This document shows positions 51,117 through 61,380 of a stretch of 64,000 bases of DNA, one piece after another. Both the position numbers and the translations under genes were made by a program. The notes beneath the pieces are model-generated. The model did no database searches, was not told the DNA's origin, and saw only the letters and a list, made by a program, of their open reading frames with translations. The DNA comes from Andalucia godoyi And28 (Eukaryota; Protista; Jakobida): positions 47,370-111,369 of the forward strand of contig VRVR01000016.1 of the NCBI GenBank assembly GCA_009859145.1. Direction: 5' to 3'. How positions within the stretch are numbered: the stretch's first letter is position 1; the number at the start of each line of letters is the position of its first letter.

Positions 51117-53006
51117 ATGCCCTTTCCAGTTGAAAACGGGGCTGTTTACGCAGCAATTGCGGCGTCCTTTGGAGCCGGAGCGCTGGCATTGCACTATTTG
51201 CAAGGATCCCGACATCATGAGGTCTCAGCACCATCCGAACCGGCGTTTCCTTCCGCTGGGACGGGCATGGTACGATCGCAGTCTACGGTGGCACAGATTC
51301 TGGAGGATCCGTCGAACAAGTTTTCTGCAATGTCGAAGCGGCGAAACCTGATCCGCAATACAGGAACGACTCCTGGATCCATTTCGAAGAACTCTCGGAT
51401 TGCGAGGCTCGAGGACGTTCGTTTGCTGGATGCAAAGGACATTGTGGAGGAAGATCGGACTTGGGGAGAGTCGTCCGACTTTAAGATTCCACATTTGAGC
51501 CAGTGGGCATCTCCCTTCTGGTACTCTTCTCCATGCCCTTTCAAGCCGGTTGGGTGGGCGGAGTGCGTGGTGGCAGACGTCATAGTTCCCCAGGGTGGCT
51601 CGGAAATGGTGTCGATGACTCCCATCACAAATTCAGCGTACCAGAGACTGCCGACGTCCACAAGCAGCGGTGCTCTTTCGTCCATGCAAGCTACGGCACT
51701 CGCAACTGCGGATCATCGAGACGAGCACGGACCGAGGCTGTTCTTGCGAGGCGGACCACGAGATCGCATCTTTTTCCATCCGTTGGAAGTGAGGGCTGCA
51801 GTCGCAACTTGTGGCGGACTGTGCCCAGGACTGAACACTGTCATCCGGGAAGTGGTAATGTGCTTGCACTACTTCTACGGAGTTCGCGAGGTGTATGGTG
51901 TCCAGTTCGGCTACGAAGGGTTCTACAAGTGGCCATTGGTGCTGTTGACTCCGGATCTTGTTGCGGACGTCCACAATGAAGGTGGAACGATTCTTGGTAC
52001 TTCTCGCGGTGGATTCGATGCAGCCAAGATCTGCGATTCGCTGGAGGCGCAGCGCATTAACCAGGTCTATTTGATCGGTGGAGACGGGACACATCGCGGT
52101 GCATTGACACTTCACCAGGAAGTTGTGAAGCGTGGGCTCAAAATCTCCGTGTGTGGAATGTGCAAGACGATCGATAACGATATTCCACTGTTGGACAGGT
52201 CGTTCGGGTTTGATACTGCCGTCGATCAAGCCATCCATGCTGTGAAGTCTGCACATGTTGAAATCCGATCTGCCCAGAATGGCGTCGGACTGGTGGTCGT
52301 CATGGGCCGCTCATCAGGATTTATTGCTATGCAGTGCGCCTTGGCTGCTCGTGATGTGAACGTTTGTCTAATCCCGGAAATCAACTTTGATCTGAACGGC
52401 GAACACGGGTTGTTGGAGTACATCCGGCGCAGAATCATGCATCGTGGGCACTGCCTGATCCTGTGTGCGGAAGGCGCAGGTCTTGGTGTGATGCCGCCCA
52501 CTGGTGAAGTAGACGCCTCCGGAAACCCCCGTCTTCCGGATATCGGTTCATTCCTGAAGTCCGAAATCAAGTCCTATCTGGCCAAACAGGGCATTGCCGT
52601 GAACCTGAAGTACATTGATCCGTCGTACATGATCAGGTCCGTCGCTCCCAACTCGTCCGACTCCGTGTACTGCACCGTTCTAGGACAGACGGCGGTGCAT
52701 GGCTGCATGGCTGGATTCTCGGGATTCACCACGGGGCTCTGCAATGCGCACCACGTTCTATTGCCGATGCAATGTGTCACAAAGACTCGACGCGTCGAGC
52801 CAAATGACCGCATGTGGTCACGAGTTCTCGTTTCCACAGGCCAGCCGTCATTCACTGTTGAGGAAGAACCTGCTCCGCAGCAGTCAGATGCAAAGAAAGG
52901 GTCGATCAAAAAGAAGGAAGAGGAGGCTGAAAAACAAAAGGCCGCTTCAGTGGCGGCGGTCGTGGGCCAGAGAACTGTGGAATGCCCGGAAGCCTCCACA
53001 GAATAG
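51117..53006 (+). CDS. PFK: ATP-dependent 6-phosphofructokinase (plant/kinetoplastid-like clade) with an N-terminal hydrophobic segment
   Basis: Motifs TCGGLCPGLNTVIR, GGTILGTSRG, IGGDGT, KTIDND, MGRSSGFIA and LKYIDPSYMIRS. ATG at 51117. Confidence 0.95.
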   Translation: MPFPVENGAVYAAIAASFGAGALALHYLQGSRHHEVSAPSEPAFPSAGTGMVRSQSTVAQILEDPSNKFSAMSKRRNLIRNTGTTPGSISKNSRIARLEDVRLLDAKDIVEEDRTWGESSDFKIPHLSQWASPFWYSSPCPFKPVGWAECVVADVIVPQGGSEMVSMTPITNSAYQRLPTSTSSGALSSMQATALATADHRDEHGPRLFLRGGPRDRIFFHPLEVRAAVATCGGLCPGLNTVIREVVMCLHYFYGVREVYGVQFGYEGFYKWPLVLLTPDLVADVHNEGGTILGTSRGGFDAAKICDSLEAQRINQVYLIGGDGTHRGALTLHQEVVKRGLKISVCGMCKTIDNDIPLLDRSFGFDTAVDQAIHAVKSAHVEIRSAQNGVGLVVVMGRSSGFIAMQCALAARDVNVCLIPEINFDLNGEHGLLEYIRRRIMHRGHCLILCAEGAGLGVMPPTGEVDASGNPRLPDIGSFLKSEIKSYLAKQGIAVNLKYIDPSYMIRSVAPNSSDSVYCTVLGQTAVHGCMAGFSGFTTGLCNAHHVLLPMQCVTKTRRVEPNDRMWSRVLVSTGQPSFTVEEEPAPQQSDAKKGSIKKKEEEAEKQKAASVAAVVGQRTVECPEASTE

Positions 53007-53358
53007 CGACCATTTCACTTTTTCCATGTTTTCGCATTAGGAGGTTTTGCAAAGCGATTCTGCATGGTTTTGGGAGCTTCTGGTGGTTTTCGTGGTTTTC
53101 TGTTTTTGTTTTCTGTTTTTGTTTATTATTGCTTTGGTGTAAGTTTGACTGAGCGGAATCACCTTGATGTTTTCATGAAATCTGATATCATTTTTGCTGC
53201 CTCTGTTGTTTTCTTGCCCCCCTATAATGTCGTCATTGCACATAACCGGAAAGTATGTATTGAAAAACTTTTTACTGAGCCGGATACATCACTGGGTACA
53301 GGCCGAAGCACGTGCAGCAATACGCGATCTCAAAACCCGACACGCCCGCGCCCGTGAT

Positions 53359-54591
53359 TCAGTCCTTCGTGGAGAGCACGGCCTTCTTTGCAGCGTCATC
53401 AAGATCGTCTGCAGCGACAATTCGAAGTCCAGAGTCGCGGAGAATCTTCTTTCCAAGCTCAACATTGGTTCCCTCAAGTCGGACAACGAGGGGGACGGTC
53501 AGCTTGAGCTTTCTTGCTGCCTCCACAACTCCTTGGGCAATCACGTCACAGCGCATGATTCCTCCAAACACGTTGACAAGAATCGCCTTCACAGACTTGT
53601 CTGAAGTGAGAATGGAGAAGGCTTCCGCGACCTGCTCTGTCGATGCAGAACCACCCACATCTAAGAAGTTGGCTGGCTTTCCTCCATGCAGCGCAATAAC
53701 ATCCATGGTAGCCATTGCAAGTCCTGCTCCGTTCACCAAACAACCAATGTTTCCGTCCAAGGCAACGTAGTTGAGCCCAGCGGCTTGGGCGCGTGCTTCG
53801 CGCGGATCGTCTTGCTCCGGGTTGTGCATGCTGAACAAGTCCTTCTGCCGGAACGACGCGTTGTCGTCAAACTGCATCTTAGCGTCTACGCAGACAACCT
53901 CATTTGTATCAGTCAATGCAAGTGGGTTGACCTCCACCATAGTCGCGTCTCTCGCAAGGAACAGCTTGTACAGCGATTTGATCTGCACAGCAGCCCTGTC
54001 TCTCAATTCCTTGTTTCCACCAAATCCAATTCGCTCTGCCATTCTGTTCGCCTGCTCGTCCGTTACTCCCTTTCGGAAATCCACTACCTCCGTAAACACC
54101 TTCTCGGGCGTGGTTGCCGCAACATGCTCAATGTCCATTCCTCCCGCAGGCGATCCCACGAGAACCGTTCCCTGTGCAGTCCGATCTAGCAAAATTGCAA
54201 AGTATGCTTCGTGTTTGATGTTCACTGCCTCGCAGATCAAAACCTTGGAAACAAGCGCTCCATTCGGTCCAGTCTGCTGTGTAACAAGCGTGTTGTTAAG
54301 CATTCTCTTCGCAAGGTCCGCAGCACCCGTTGCGCTCTTTGACAAGTGAACACCGCCCTTGAATCCATCTGTGAATGTTCCCTTTCCGCGCCCTCCAGCC
54401 AGAATCTGCGCCTTGATCACAAGTTCAGGTGCAGTCTTTGCCAGATCTGCAGAAACTTTCGCAGCTTCCGTAGCATTCGAGACTGCTGATCCATGCTGCA
54501 CTCGAACACCATACGATGCCATAAGCGCCTTGGATTGGTACTCCTGCAGAGAAATAAAGCGACGAGGAAGCACACTCAAATTCCGAAACAT
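53359..54591 (-). CDS. Succinyl-CoA ligase beta subunit, mitochondrial
   Basis: Presequence-like MFRNLSVLPRRF, then LQEYQSK, KAQILAGGRGKG, EVNPL, DAK..FDDNA, IGCLVNGAGLAMATMD and PANFLDVGG. Confidence 0.97.
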   Translation of the reverse strand: MFRNLSVLPRRFISLQEYQSKALMASYGVRVQHGSAVSNATEAAKVSADLAKTAPELVIKAQILAGGRGKGTFTDGFKGGVHLSKSATGAADLAKRMLNNTLVTQQTGPNGALVSKVLICEAVNIKHEAYFAILLDRTAQGTVLVGSPAGGMDIEHVAATTPEKVFTEVVDFRKGVTDEQANRMAERIGFGGNKELRDRAAVQIKSLYKLFLARDATMVEVNPLALTDTNEVVCVDAKMQFDDNASFRQKDLFSMHNPEQDDPREARAQAAGLNYVALDGNIGCLVNGAGLAMATMDVIALHGGKPANFLDVGGSASTEQVAEAFSILTSDKSVKAILVNVFGGIMRCDVIAQGVVEAARKLKLTVPLVVRLEGTNVELGKKILRDSGLRIVAADDLDDAAKKAVLSTKD

Positions 54592-55097
54592 TTTTCCCCT
54601 CCCTCTTTTTTTTTCCCTTTACCGTTTCTTTGATTCTGCAGATGCAATCTTTTCGCAAAAGAGGAAAGATCCGAGTCAAATGGAGACTGTTTGATTAATG
54701 AATTAATAAAAACGGCAAGGAAAAAAAAAACTCGCGGGACAAACAAGCAAATATACCAGCAATAATAATAGTAAAAGACAAAAGGAAAAGCAAGTTTCCC
54801 GAATGATGAAAGGCATTATGCGAAAAAAGCGAGGGTGATTGCACGATTGCACACAGTTGCAAGGTTGCGCATCTTCAATTTGGATTGGCCGGACTTTTTT
54901 AAATTTTTTGCGAATGCGTACGACTGGTTTGGCACAAGCCATAAAAGTGCGGCTGAATGGATCCTGAATCATGCAGCTCGATAGAGGTGGGGAGAGGCGG
55001 TCAGAGGGCGGATAAGAGTGAAAAGAAAAGAAGATGGATGTACAGAATATATGTATTTAAAATAAAAAAAAGAATTTCGGATGGATTGCTACTCGGA

Positions 55098-55994
55098 TCA
55101 GTGTCGACCTTCACGTGGAGAGATAGCGTCTCTTCTGATCTCTGGTACAGTGGTGCGGGTCCGAGGGATTGCCGTTCTTGCGGAAAGGCCGTGATGACCT
55201 CCTTTCCTTTTGAAGCGCCGGTAGTCGGTATCAGAACGGAACCACGAATCGCACCACGTGAACGTCGTTGCGAAGTTTCCTGCTCTTGAAAAATGGTGGA
55301 AATCGTGGAACTCGGGTCCGCAGTAGAAGGGCAGCCAGTGCGACAGAGACCACGGAAAGTCGTATCCACAGTGTACATCAATTGCCTCGACCTGTCGGAC
55401 CAAAGCCCACAGCCAAATGGTGGTGAAATGGTCGCCCCCAAGAAGCAGGGGTCCAAGAAACGTCCCCGTTCCAAGGAAAATGAACTCTATGGGATGCGCA
55501 TACGACGACACCATTCCAAACGGCTGCTCAAAATCGTGGTGCAGCTTGTGAATCTTGACGTAAAACCGCGGCCAGTGCAGGATCCGATGGCCGACATACA
55601 CCCACAAATCTTCTACAACAAGATAGACAAGTAGTCGAACGCAGACCTCAGTCCACGAAGGATAGGACAACGTATCAAAGCGAACATTGCGAAAAACCAA
55701 AATTGGATACGACACGAAAATCAGTGGGAAAACCAGGAAAACATGATTAAACACCAGCACACGCAGAGCCTTTCGCATTTCGTTGGCGTCAAACTTCCGA
55801 TTCTTTTGAATCTTGTACTGTGGAAACATATCAAAGTAGTCCATCACAAGGAACGGAAGCGACGATGATCCATACACCAAGCACAAAAAGACAAATGTCG
55901 CAGATGTGCAAATATGAAACTCGGAAAGATGGCTCGTGAGAAACGACCACAGCAAATGCCGCACCTCCACACCATCACCATCCAACATCCCCAT
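55098..55994 (-). CDS. ERG25: C-4 methylsterol oxidase (sterol desaturase family)
   Basis: His boxes HRILH, HKLHH and HDFHH, plus YAHPIE and HCGYDFPW. ATG at 55994. Confidence 0.9.
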   Translation of the reverse strand: MGMLDGDGVEVRHLLWSFLTSHLSEFHICTSATFVFLCLVYGSSSLPFLVMDYFDMFPQYKIQKNRKFDANEMRKALRVLVFNHVFLVFPLIFVSYPILVFRNVRFDTLSYPSWTEVCVRLLVYLVVEDLWVYVGHRILHWPRFYVKIHKLHHDFEQPFGMVSSYAHPIEFIFLGTGTFLGPLLLGGDHFTTIWLWALVRQVEAIDVHCGYDFPWSLSHWLPFYCGPEFHDFHHFSRAGNFATTFTWCDSWFRSDTDYRRFKRKGGHHGLSARTAIPRTRTTVPEIRRDAISPREGRH

Positions 55995-56154
55995 GGCTCT
56001 TTCGATGCCTGGAGAAGTCGTAGCAGCGGAATGCAAAAAACAAAATGGTAATAAAATAATAATAATAAATTTGTGTTAACGGATTGTGCTGTGTTTGAAC
56101 TCTATAATTTTACAGCGTCAATTTGCGAAATGGAGCATACGAAAAAACCTCCGA

Positions 56155-56655
56155 ATCCGCTCGCCAAGTTGAGAAGAGGGCTCCGGCTTTCTGCTCGCTG
56201 AAAACATGAATCATTATTGATCATCGGCTACGCTGCCATCGAAGACAGATCCAAGCCAAGCCACGTGTTTTTGACTGCTCTGCATCAAAGGGTCATCGCT
56301 TCTTCTTGCTCTCCGCCTCTGACGACAGGGGAATCAACGAATTTCTTGGTTCTCGCTATCTTCGGGGCATGACCGGTTTGAGTTTGGTGGGAAGATCCCT
56401 CTTTAGAGCCATGCGATGTTTTTGTCTTTGGATGTGGTGATGCGGTGATGCGGTGATGCGGTGCTGCTTGAGGGTTCGATAATTAGATTAAAAAAAATCA
56501 AACAAACAGAAAATAGTAGAATGAAAGAGAAGAACGAAGAAATTCTGGACTACGGTAGGAACACTGCGCCCTCCAAAAGGTTAAATAAACACAAACTTCC
56601 GGTATGTTGTTGTTTGTTTGATGTTAATACACAAAACGGTCAACCGTCATCCGAT
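56155..56655 (-). repeat. Dispersed repeat family II, copy B
   Basis: Reverse complement aligns with 42755-43359. It lacks ~200 nt present in copy A and contains a (GGTGATGC)x3 expansion. Confidence 0.85.
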
Positions 56656-56748
56656 GCAGGAGGTGAATCAGCATCCGCGAGACTGTTTTCTCGTGATTCC
56701 ATTCGTGTTGCCAGCCTCCCCGTTGTTGAGAATTCTGGCCTTTTTGTA

Positions 56749-59700
56749 ATGGAACAGACGTCGTGGTATGCAATTGCGAAATGCAAACGCGAGTCCGTTG
56801 TTTGCTCTTCGCCTGGGAGCGCCGCTTTCCTGAAACAGAATTCTCAGTCTGGAAACCTGGCCCATGAAATTAACGAGCTTGTCCGATCTTCGGAGCTGCA
56901 TTTCAAAGAAGTGGGGGAGGGGGAAGGGGAGTTTTACCTCTGCATCTGCGAGTCCTCTGGAGTGAATCTGAGCAAACTGTGGAACTCTCTGCAATCCCCG
57001 GCTCTCTTTTCGTCGTGTTTCAGAGTATTGGAACCTGCGGCTGATCTTTATGATGCAAACGATCCGCTGAGTTCTCTCTACGCTGCTGCATCTGCGTATA
57101 CATACGAGAGCGTCATGTCGGAGGTCCGTACTTCTACTTGTGATGCAGACTCAGACCCGCAGCTGTGCGTTACTCCCGAGGTACTCTCTTTCATTAATCC
57201 AGAAGTCAAACTGTTTCGTCATCAGCTGCACTCGCTATCGTGGATGATGCGCAGAGAGTCGATCGGCCATCCGCGATTGTCCTTGCTTGTGAACTGTCTG
57301 GACTGTCGTGGTCGACGCTTTCAGATCAATATCAAACATGGAAGAGTGGCCGATTCCACCGCTGGCAGCCGAGAGGACGTGTTGTTGCCGGTCAACGGCG
57401 GAATTTTGGCGGATGATATGGGAACGGGAAAGACAATCGTCTGCCTCGCGGCGTGCCTTACGGATTCACACATACCGTCTCATTATACTTCCAAGAAGCC
57501 AAGGAACGTCGAATCAATACCAGTCTCGTCAAACCTTATCGTCGTTCCGTCTGTTCTAATGGATCAGTGGAAAACGGAGCTTTCATCTCATTTTGCGTCA
57601 TCAGTGACTTCGATTACTGCGACCAAGGATCTGCGAACATCAGCATACTCAGACTTTCTGATTTCCATTTGCAACTCGGAATTCGTGTTCGTGTCCCTTG
57701 AAGATCTGTCGTATCTTCTTGGACGAGAGGAAATCCGACGGCTGCCTCGTCGACACACGAGGAGAATGATCGCGGAGAATGATCTCGAGACTCCTCCGCA
57801 TCCATTTTTCCTTGTTTGCTGGAAAAGACTGGTGTTTGATGAAGCGTTCTTCACCAATGCACTCGTGCGCAAGATGCTGTTGATTGATTCTCGCTATCGA
57901 TGGTGTGTCTCCGGCACGCCTATTCGACCTGAAATGCACAATTTGTCTGAAATGATGCAGTTTTTGTCATGCTCTCACGAATTGTCCGTGTCGATGATTC
58001 AAGCTATCACAAACGACGTTACTCGTGAACGTTCCTTGCCCAGCTTTGTTTGGCTGTGTCTTGCGCTTCGCTGCGTTTTGAGAAGGTCTTCCAAGCAGCT
58101 CATGTTTCAATCTCCCGGGATTAACATTCCTCCACAAATGAACCGGAAAGCAGAGGTTTCGTTGTCAGAAGCCGAGAGCATTGTATACGCTCTGGAACGA
58201 AGTAGAACATTCGGGGACAGCACGGTGAGAGTGAACTCCCTCCGACGGATCGCCGTGCACCCTGGGCTTTCGCTTCCCGGAGATTATGCCGTGTTCTCTC
58301 AAACGCACTACATTATGAATGCCACGTTTCATAGGTATGCGGCCCAGTATGCTGATGAGGCCAAGCGCCTGTTCCAGGAAGAGCTAAGCGAGCTAAACAG
58401 AGTTGGAGACGCTTCAATGTCTTCGGTGTCTTCTGCGGCTCCTGCGGAAACATCTGGAGCGAATCGTGGTGCTGCGTCTCTGGAGGTTCTCCGTCGCATT
58501 TCGATTCACCAACACGATGAACAGTTCCTCTCCACCAAGACTGCCGCTGTCGTGGATCATGCGTGCCATGCACTGTCGAGTCTTTCTAGCTTGCAGGTGC
58601 CCAGCGTCGTGTTTTGTGGTATCACTGGTTCTCCTGCCGAGGTGTTGAAAATGGTTTGCCGCGTTGATTTGGGGTTTGTTGCTGACAAACTGAAGGATGC
58701 ATGGAACCATGTGGTTGCCATTGAAAGAGCAGGAATGGAACCGCTGCCTGCAGCATCCGCGCCACCTCCAGAGTCTGGACTTTTGTCTTCTGTCGACGAT
58801 CTTCAGAAAGCCAACTTGCTTGACGTCCTCGCTTTCATGCAACATCGCCTCGAGCAGCACATTGCAAAAATGCTTTCGTCGGTACACATGCTTCCAGAGA
58901 TTGTTCAGTCCCTGATTTCCTGCTGTCTTCAGATTTTCCAGTGCATCGGGGCAGTTTGCCCTGTTATTCGAACGCGGCGCAATGCCTTGTTTGCATGGGT
59001 GTACCATTTCGTTCGGCAAGTTTGTGAAAATGATATACAAGGCATTCCATTTGTACGGCCATCGTGCCCTCACTGCGTGGCTGGTGTGCTGCCATCCATG
59101 TTAAACGATGATGCAGATGTTGTTTGTCTCCGCGTTTTGTATTTTTTGCGCTACAGAGCATATGTCGACTGTGTGAAACAGGTCATCAAGAAGGACTGTG
59201 GACTGTTTACTGTTTTACCTGGATTGACGCACCGATTGAGGGGAGAGCTGTGGAAGATTTCGAGCTCTTCGTTGACGGATGACCTTCGCTCATTCGCAGT
59301 TGATGCGGTGGAGCCGTTTCTCGTTTGTTTAGATACGCGTTTGTCGCCCTGGGCTTCCGCGTTCTTGAAACAGATTGAAGAAAAACATCTTCGAGAAGTG
59401 ACCGCCGCCTTGAAGAATTTTTCAGACAGGTTGTCTGGCTTGACAGAAAGCATGAAGATACATTCTCGCGATGACGATAGTCCTCTTCTCTTGAAACTCG
59501 GAATGCAGCAGCAGCCTTCAGGTCCTTCGAGCTTGGCCGCGTCGATGCGAGAGAAAGTGGAGTTGTGCATCCGGAATGCCAGGACGCTTCGGGATTTGGC
59601 AATTTCATTTGATCCAGGAGTGCAGTGCACGCTCTGCAGGAGGTTCCGATTGGATTTTCGGATGGTCGGAACGGAAGCTGTCGAATCCACCAGATGCAGG

Positions 59701-60516
59701 CATGCGCTCTGTTCAGGCTGCATTCAAGACTCTTTCGGCGACGCACAGTATGTCTTCCAGAGATGCCCGTGCTGCCACGACAATGCGCTGCGTGCGCGAA
59801 TCAACTGGAATTTTGTTCCCCCAGCAGACATATCCAATTTCGGCTCGAAACTAGTGGCCGTACTGGGGCTAGTTCGAAGCATTTGTGCTGCGGATCCGGG
59901 CGCCAAGATCATTGTGTTTTCTCACTGGTCGGAAGTGCTCGAGTTACTGGAAAAGCTGTTCAATCAGGAGAAAATACGGACATCCTACTTGAAAAATAAT
60001 GTTCGAAAGAATCAGGAATCAATCCTTCATGATTTTCGTTCCAGTTGCATCAAAAAGCGTGTCCCTGTCGCCGATACCAGTGGCAATGTCCATGCGAGTC
60101 AACGAAGCGCTGACGACGACGACGACGATGATGATGATGATGGAGATGGAGATGCCGTGGAAAACACCCTTGACGGCGACGCTTTTCTCAACGAGCCAAT
60201 CAAAACCCCATCTGTCTTGCTGCTGACATACTCAAAAGGTGCGTATGGCCTCAATTTAATTGGCGCGTCGCACGTCCTGCTTGTGGAGCCTGCTGTGGAT
60301 CCTTTCATAGAATCACAAGCCGTTTCCCGGGTCTATCGTATAGGGCAGCAGCATCAGACATTTGTCCATCGACTGGTTACGGTTCGAAGTGTGGAATCCA
60401 AAATCCATTCTGCAAACGAATCTCTCTCAGCAGCAGGGTCGCATGCAGCGTTGTCATCCGAGGAGGTTGCGAGGCGGAATGAAGAAATTCTTCGAATGGA
60501 AGACACTTTGGCCTGA
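56749..60516 (+). CDS. SNF2-family helicase with RING finger (SHPRH/Irc20/Rad5-like E3 ligase)
   Basis: Motifs GGILADDMGTGKT, LIVVP..L..QW..E, RLVFDEA, RWCVSGTP, RING CTLC...CRHALCSGC...CPCC, KIIVFSHW and QAVSRVYRIGQ. ATG at 56749; the upstream ORF extension is repeat II. Confidence 0.92.
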   Translation: MEQTSWYAIAKCKRESVVCSSPGSAAFLKQNSQSGNLAHEINELVRSSELHFKEVGEGEGEFYLCICESSGVNLSKLWNSLQSPALFSSCFRVLEPAADLYDANDPLSSLYAAASAYTYESVMSEVRTSTCDADSDPQLCVTPEVLSFINPEVKLFRHQLHSLSWMMRRESIGHPRLSLLVNCLDCRGRRFQINIKHGRVADSTAGSREDVLLPVNGGILADDMGTGKTIVCLAACLTDSHIPSHYTSKKPRNVESIPVSSNLIVVPSVLMDQWKTELSSHFASSVTSITATKDLRTSAYSDFLISICNSEFVFVSLEDLSYLLGREEIRRLPRRHTRRMIAENDLETPPHPFFLVCWKRLVFDEAFFTNALVRKMLLIDSRYRWCVSGTPIRPEMHNLSEMMQFLSCSHELSVSMIQAITNDVTRERSLPSFVWLCLALRCVLRRSSKQLMFQSPGINIPPQMNRKAEVSLSEAESIVYALERSRTFGDSTVRVNSLRRIAVHPGLSLPGDYAVFSQTHYIMNATFHRYAAQYADEAKRLFQEELSELNRVGDASMSSVSSAAPAETSGANRGAASLEVLRRISIHQHDEQFLSTKTAAVVDHACHALSSLSSLQVPSVVFCGITGSPAEVLKMVCRVDLGFVADKLKDAWNHVVAIERAGMEPLPAASAPPPESGLLSSVDDLQKANLLDVLAFMQHRLEQHIAKMLSSVHMLPEIVQSLISCCLQIFQCIGAVCPVIRTRRNALFAWVYHFVRQVCENDIQGIPFVRPSCPHCVAGVLPSMLNDDADVVCLRVLYFLRYRAYVDCVKQVIKKDCGLFTVLPGLTHRLRGELWKISSSSLTDDLRSFAVDAVEPFLVCLDTRLSPWASAFLKQIEEKHLREVTAALKNFSDRLSGLTESMKIHSRDDDSPLLLKLGMQQQPSGPSSLAASMREKVELCIRNARTLRDLAISFDPGVQCTLCRRFRLDFRMVGTEAVESTRCRHALCSGCIQDSFGDAQYVFQRCPCCHDNALRARINWNFVPPADISNFGSKLVAVLGLVRSICAADPGAKIIVFSHWSEVLELLEKLFNQEKIRTSYLKNNVRKNQESILHDFRSSCIKKRVPVADTSGNVHASQRSADDDDDDDDDDGDGDAVENTLDGDAFLNEPIKTPSVLLLTYSKGAYGLNLIGASHVLLVEPAVDPFIESQAVSRVYRIGQQHQTFVHRLVTVRSVESKIHSANESLSAAGSHAALSSEEVARRNEEILRMEDTLA

Positions 60517-60822
60517 ACTCCGTTCTGCTTGTCTCAGATCCGCCCCGTTGGTTGGTAATACCTGCCCCCGCCACGCAAATCACGGCTCGCAAGTCCGCGC
60601 TTCCCGCCGTTGCCACTTATTGCGAAATGATGAAGCAATCTAAAGCGCACGCAAAGAAAAACACTGCCACGCGCCATGCGCATGCGTTTGCTATCTTAGC
60701 ACCTCCGTCACACGATGCCCGATTCGTTTCGCCCCATTTTGATCATGAAGTCCCTATAAACACGCAGCCGTGTTGCATTCTCGCACAGCGACACTCATTT
60801 CTTATTTTTATTGTCCATGCAA

Positions 60823-60971
60823 CGCAACATCTATCTTGGGAACGTCTCTCATGCCGAGGGGGCGTGTTGGGGCCTACCCCCCTTCCCAATCATGCTATGC
60901 ATGTTGCTGGGTTGCAACATTGATTATAGGTGATCGGTGATGATTATCCGTGGTCAGTGTACAATGTAGGT
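60823..60971 (+). mobile_element. Diverged right-end remnant of a related IS607/Fanzor2 element (copy 3) with putative omegaRNA
   Basis: cgc aac atc tat ctt ggg aac encodes RNIYLGN, versus RNIYLKN in copy 2 with synonymous changes. It also has GGGCGTGTTGGGGCCTA and the end CAGTGTACAATGTAGGT. Confidence 0.7.
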
Positions 60972-61380
60972 GCACCAGCTGACCACGCATTTGTCGACTG
61001 TAGAAATATAGACATTTAGGTCAATGACGATTCGGGCCAACTAAACGGATTGCACAATTGCAATAAAACCCACGTTTTGTTCCTGTTCGTTGCTGAAGAG
61101 GTGTATTTCATTTCATTTCATTTCTGTTTTGTTGCATCGTATGCACATCAGGAGCGTTGAAGAAAAATAATATTACTATTATTATTAAGATTCTGAGCAT
61201 TGGTCTGGTGCTTCATTCGTATATCGAGAATCTACGCCATTGTCTGCTGCTAGCCAACAGTCTCTAGGAGCAGAACAACAGACGAGGTCAGGAAGTGAAC
61301 AGGGACAAGTGTGTGTTTGTTGAAGGTATTTCCCCCATTCCCCCCTTTTTTATCTGGGTGGTGGTTGATGAAGCAAGAAG

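Noticed and set aside
56461-56748. N-terminal extension of the SNF2-RING ORF
   Set aside because: It starts at GTG and consists largely of repeat family II sequence; the first ATG in good context is 56749.
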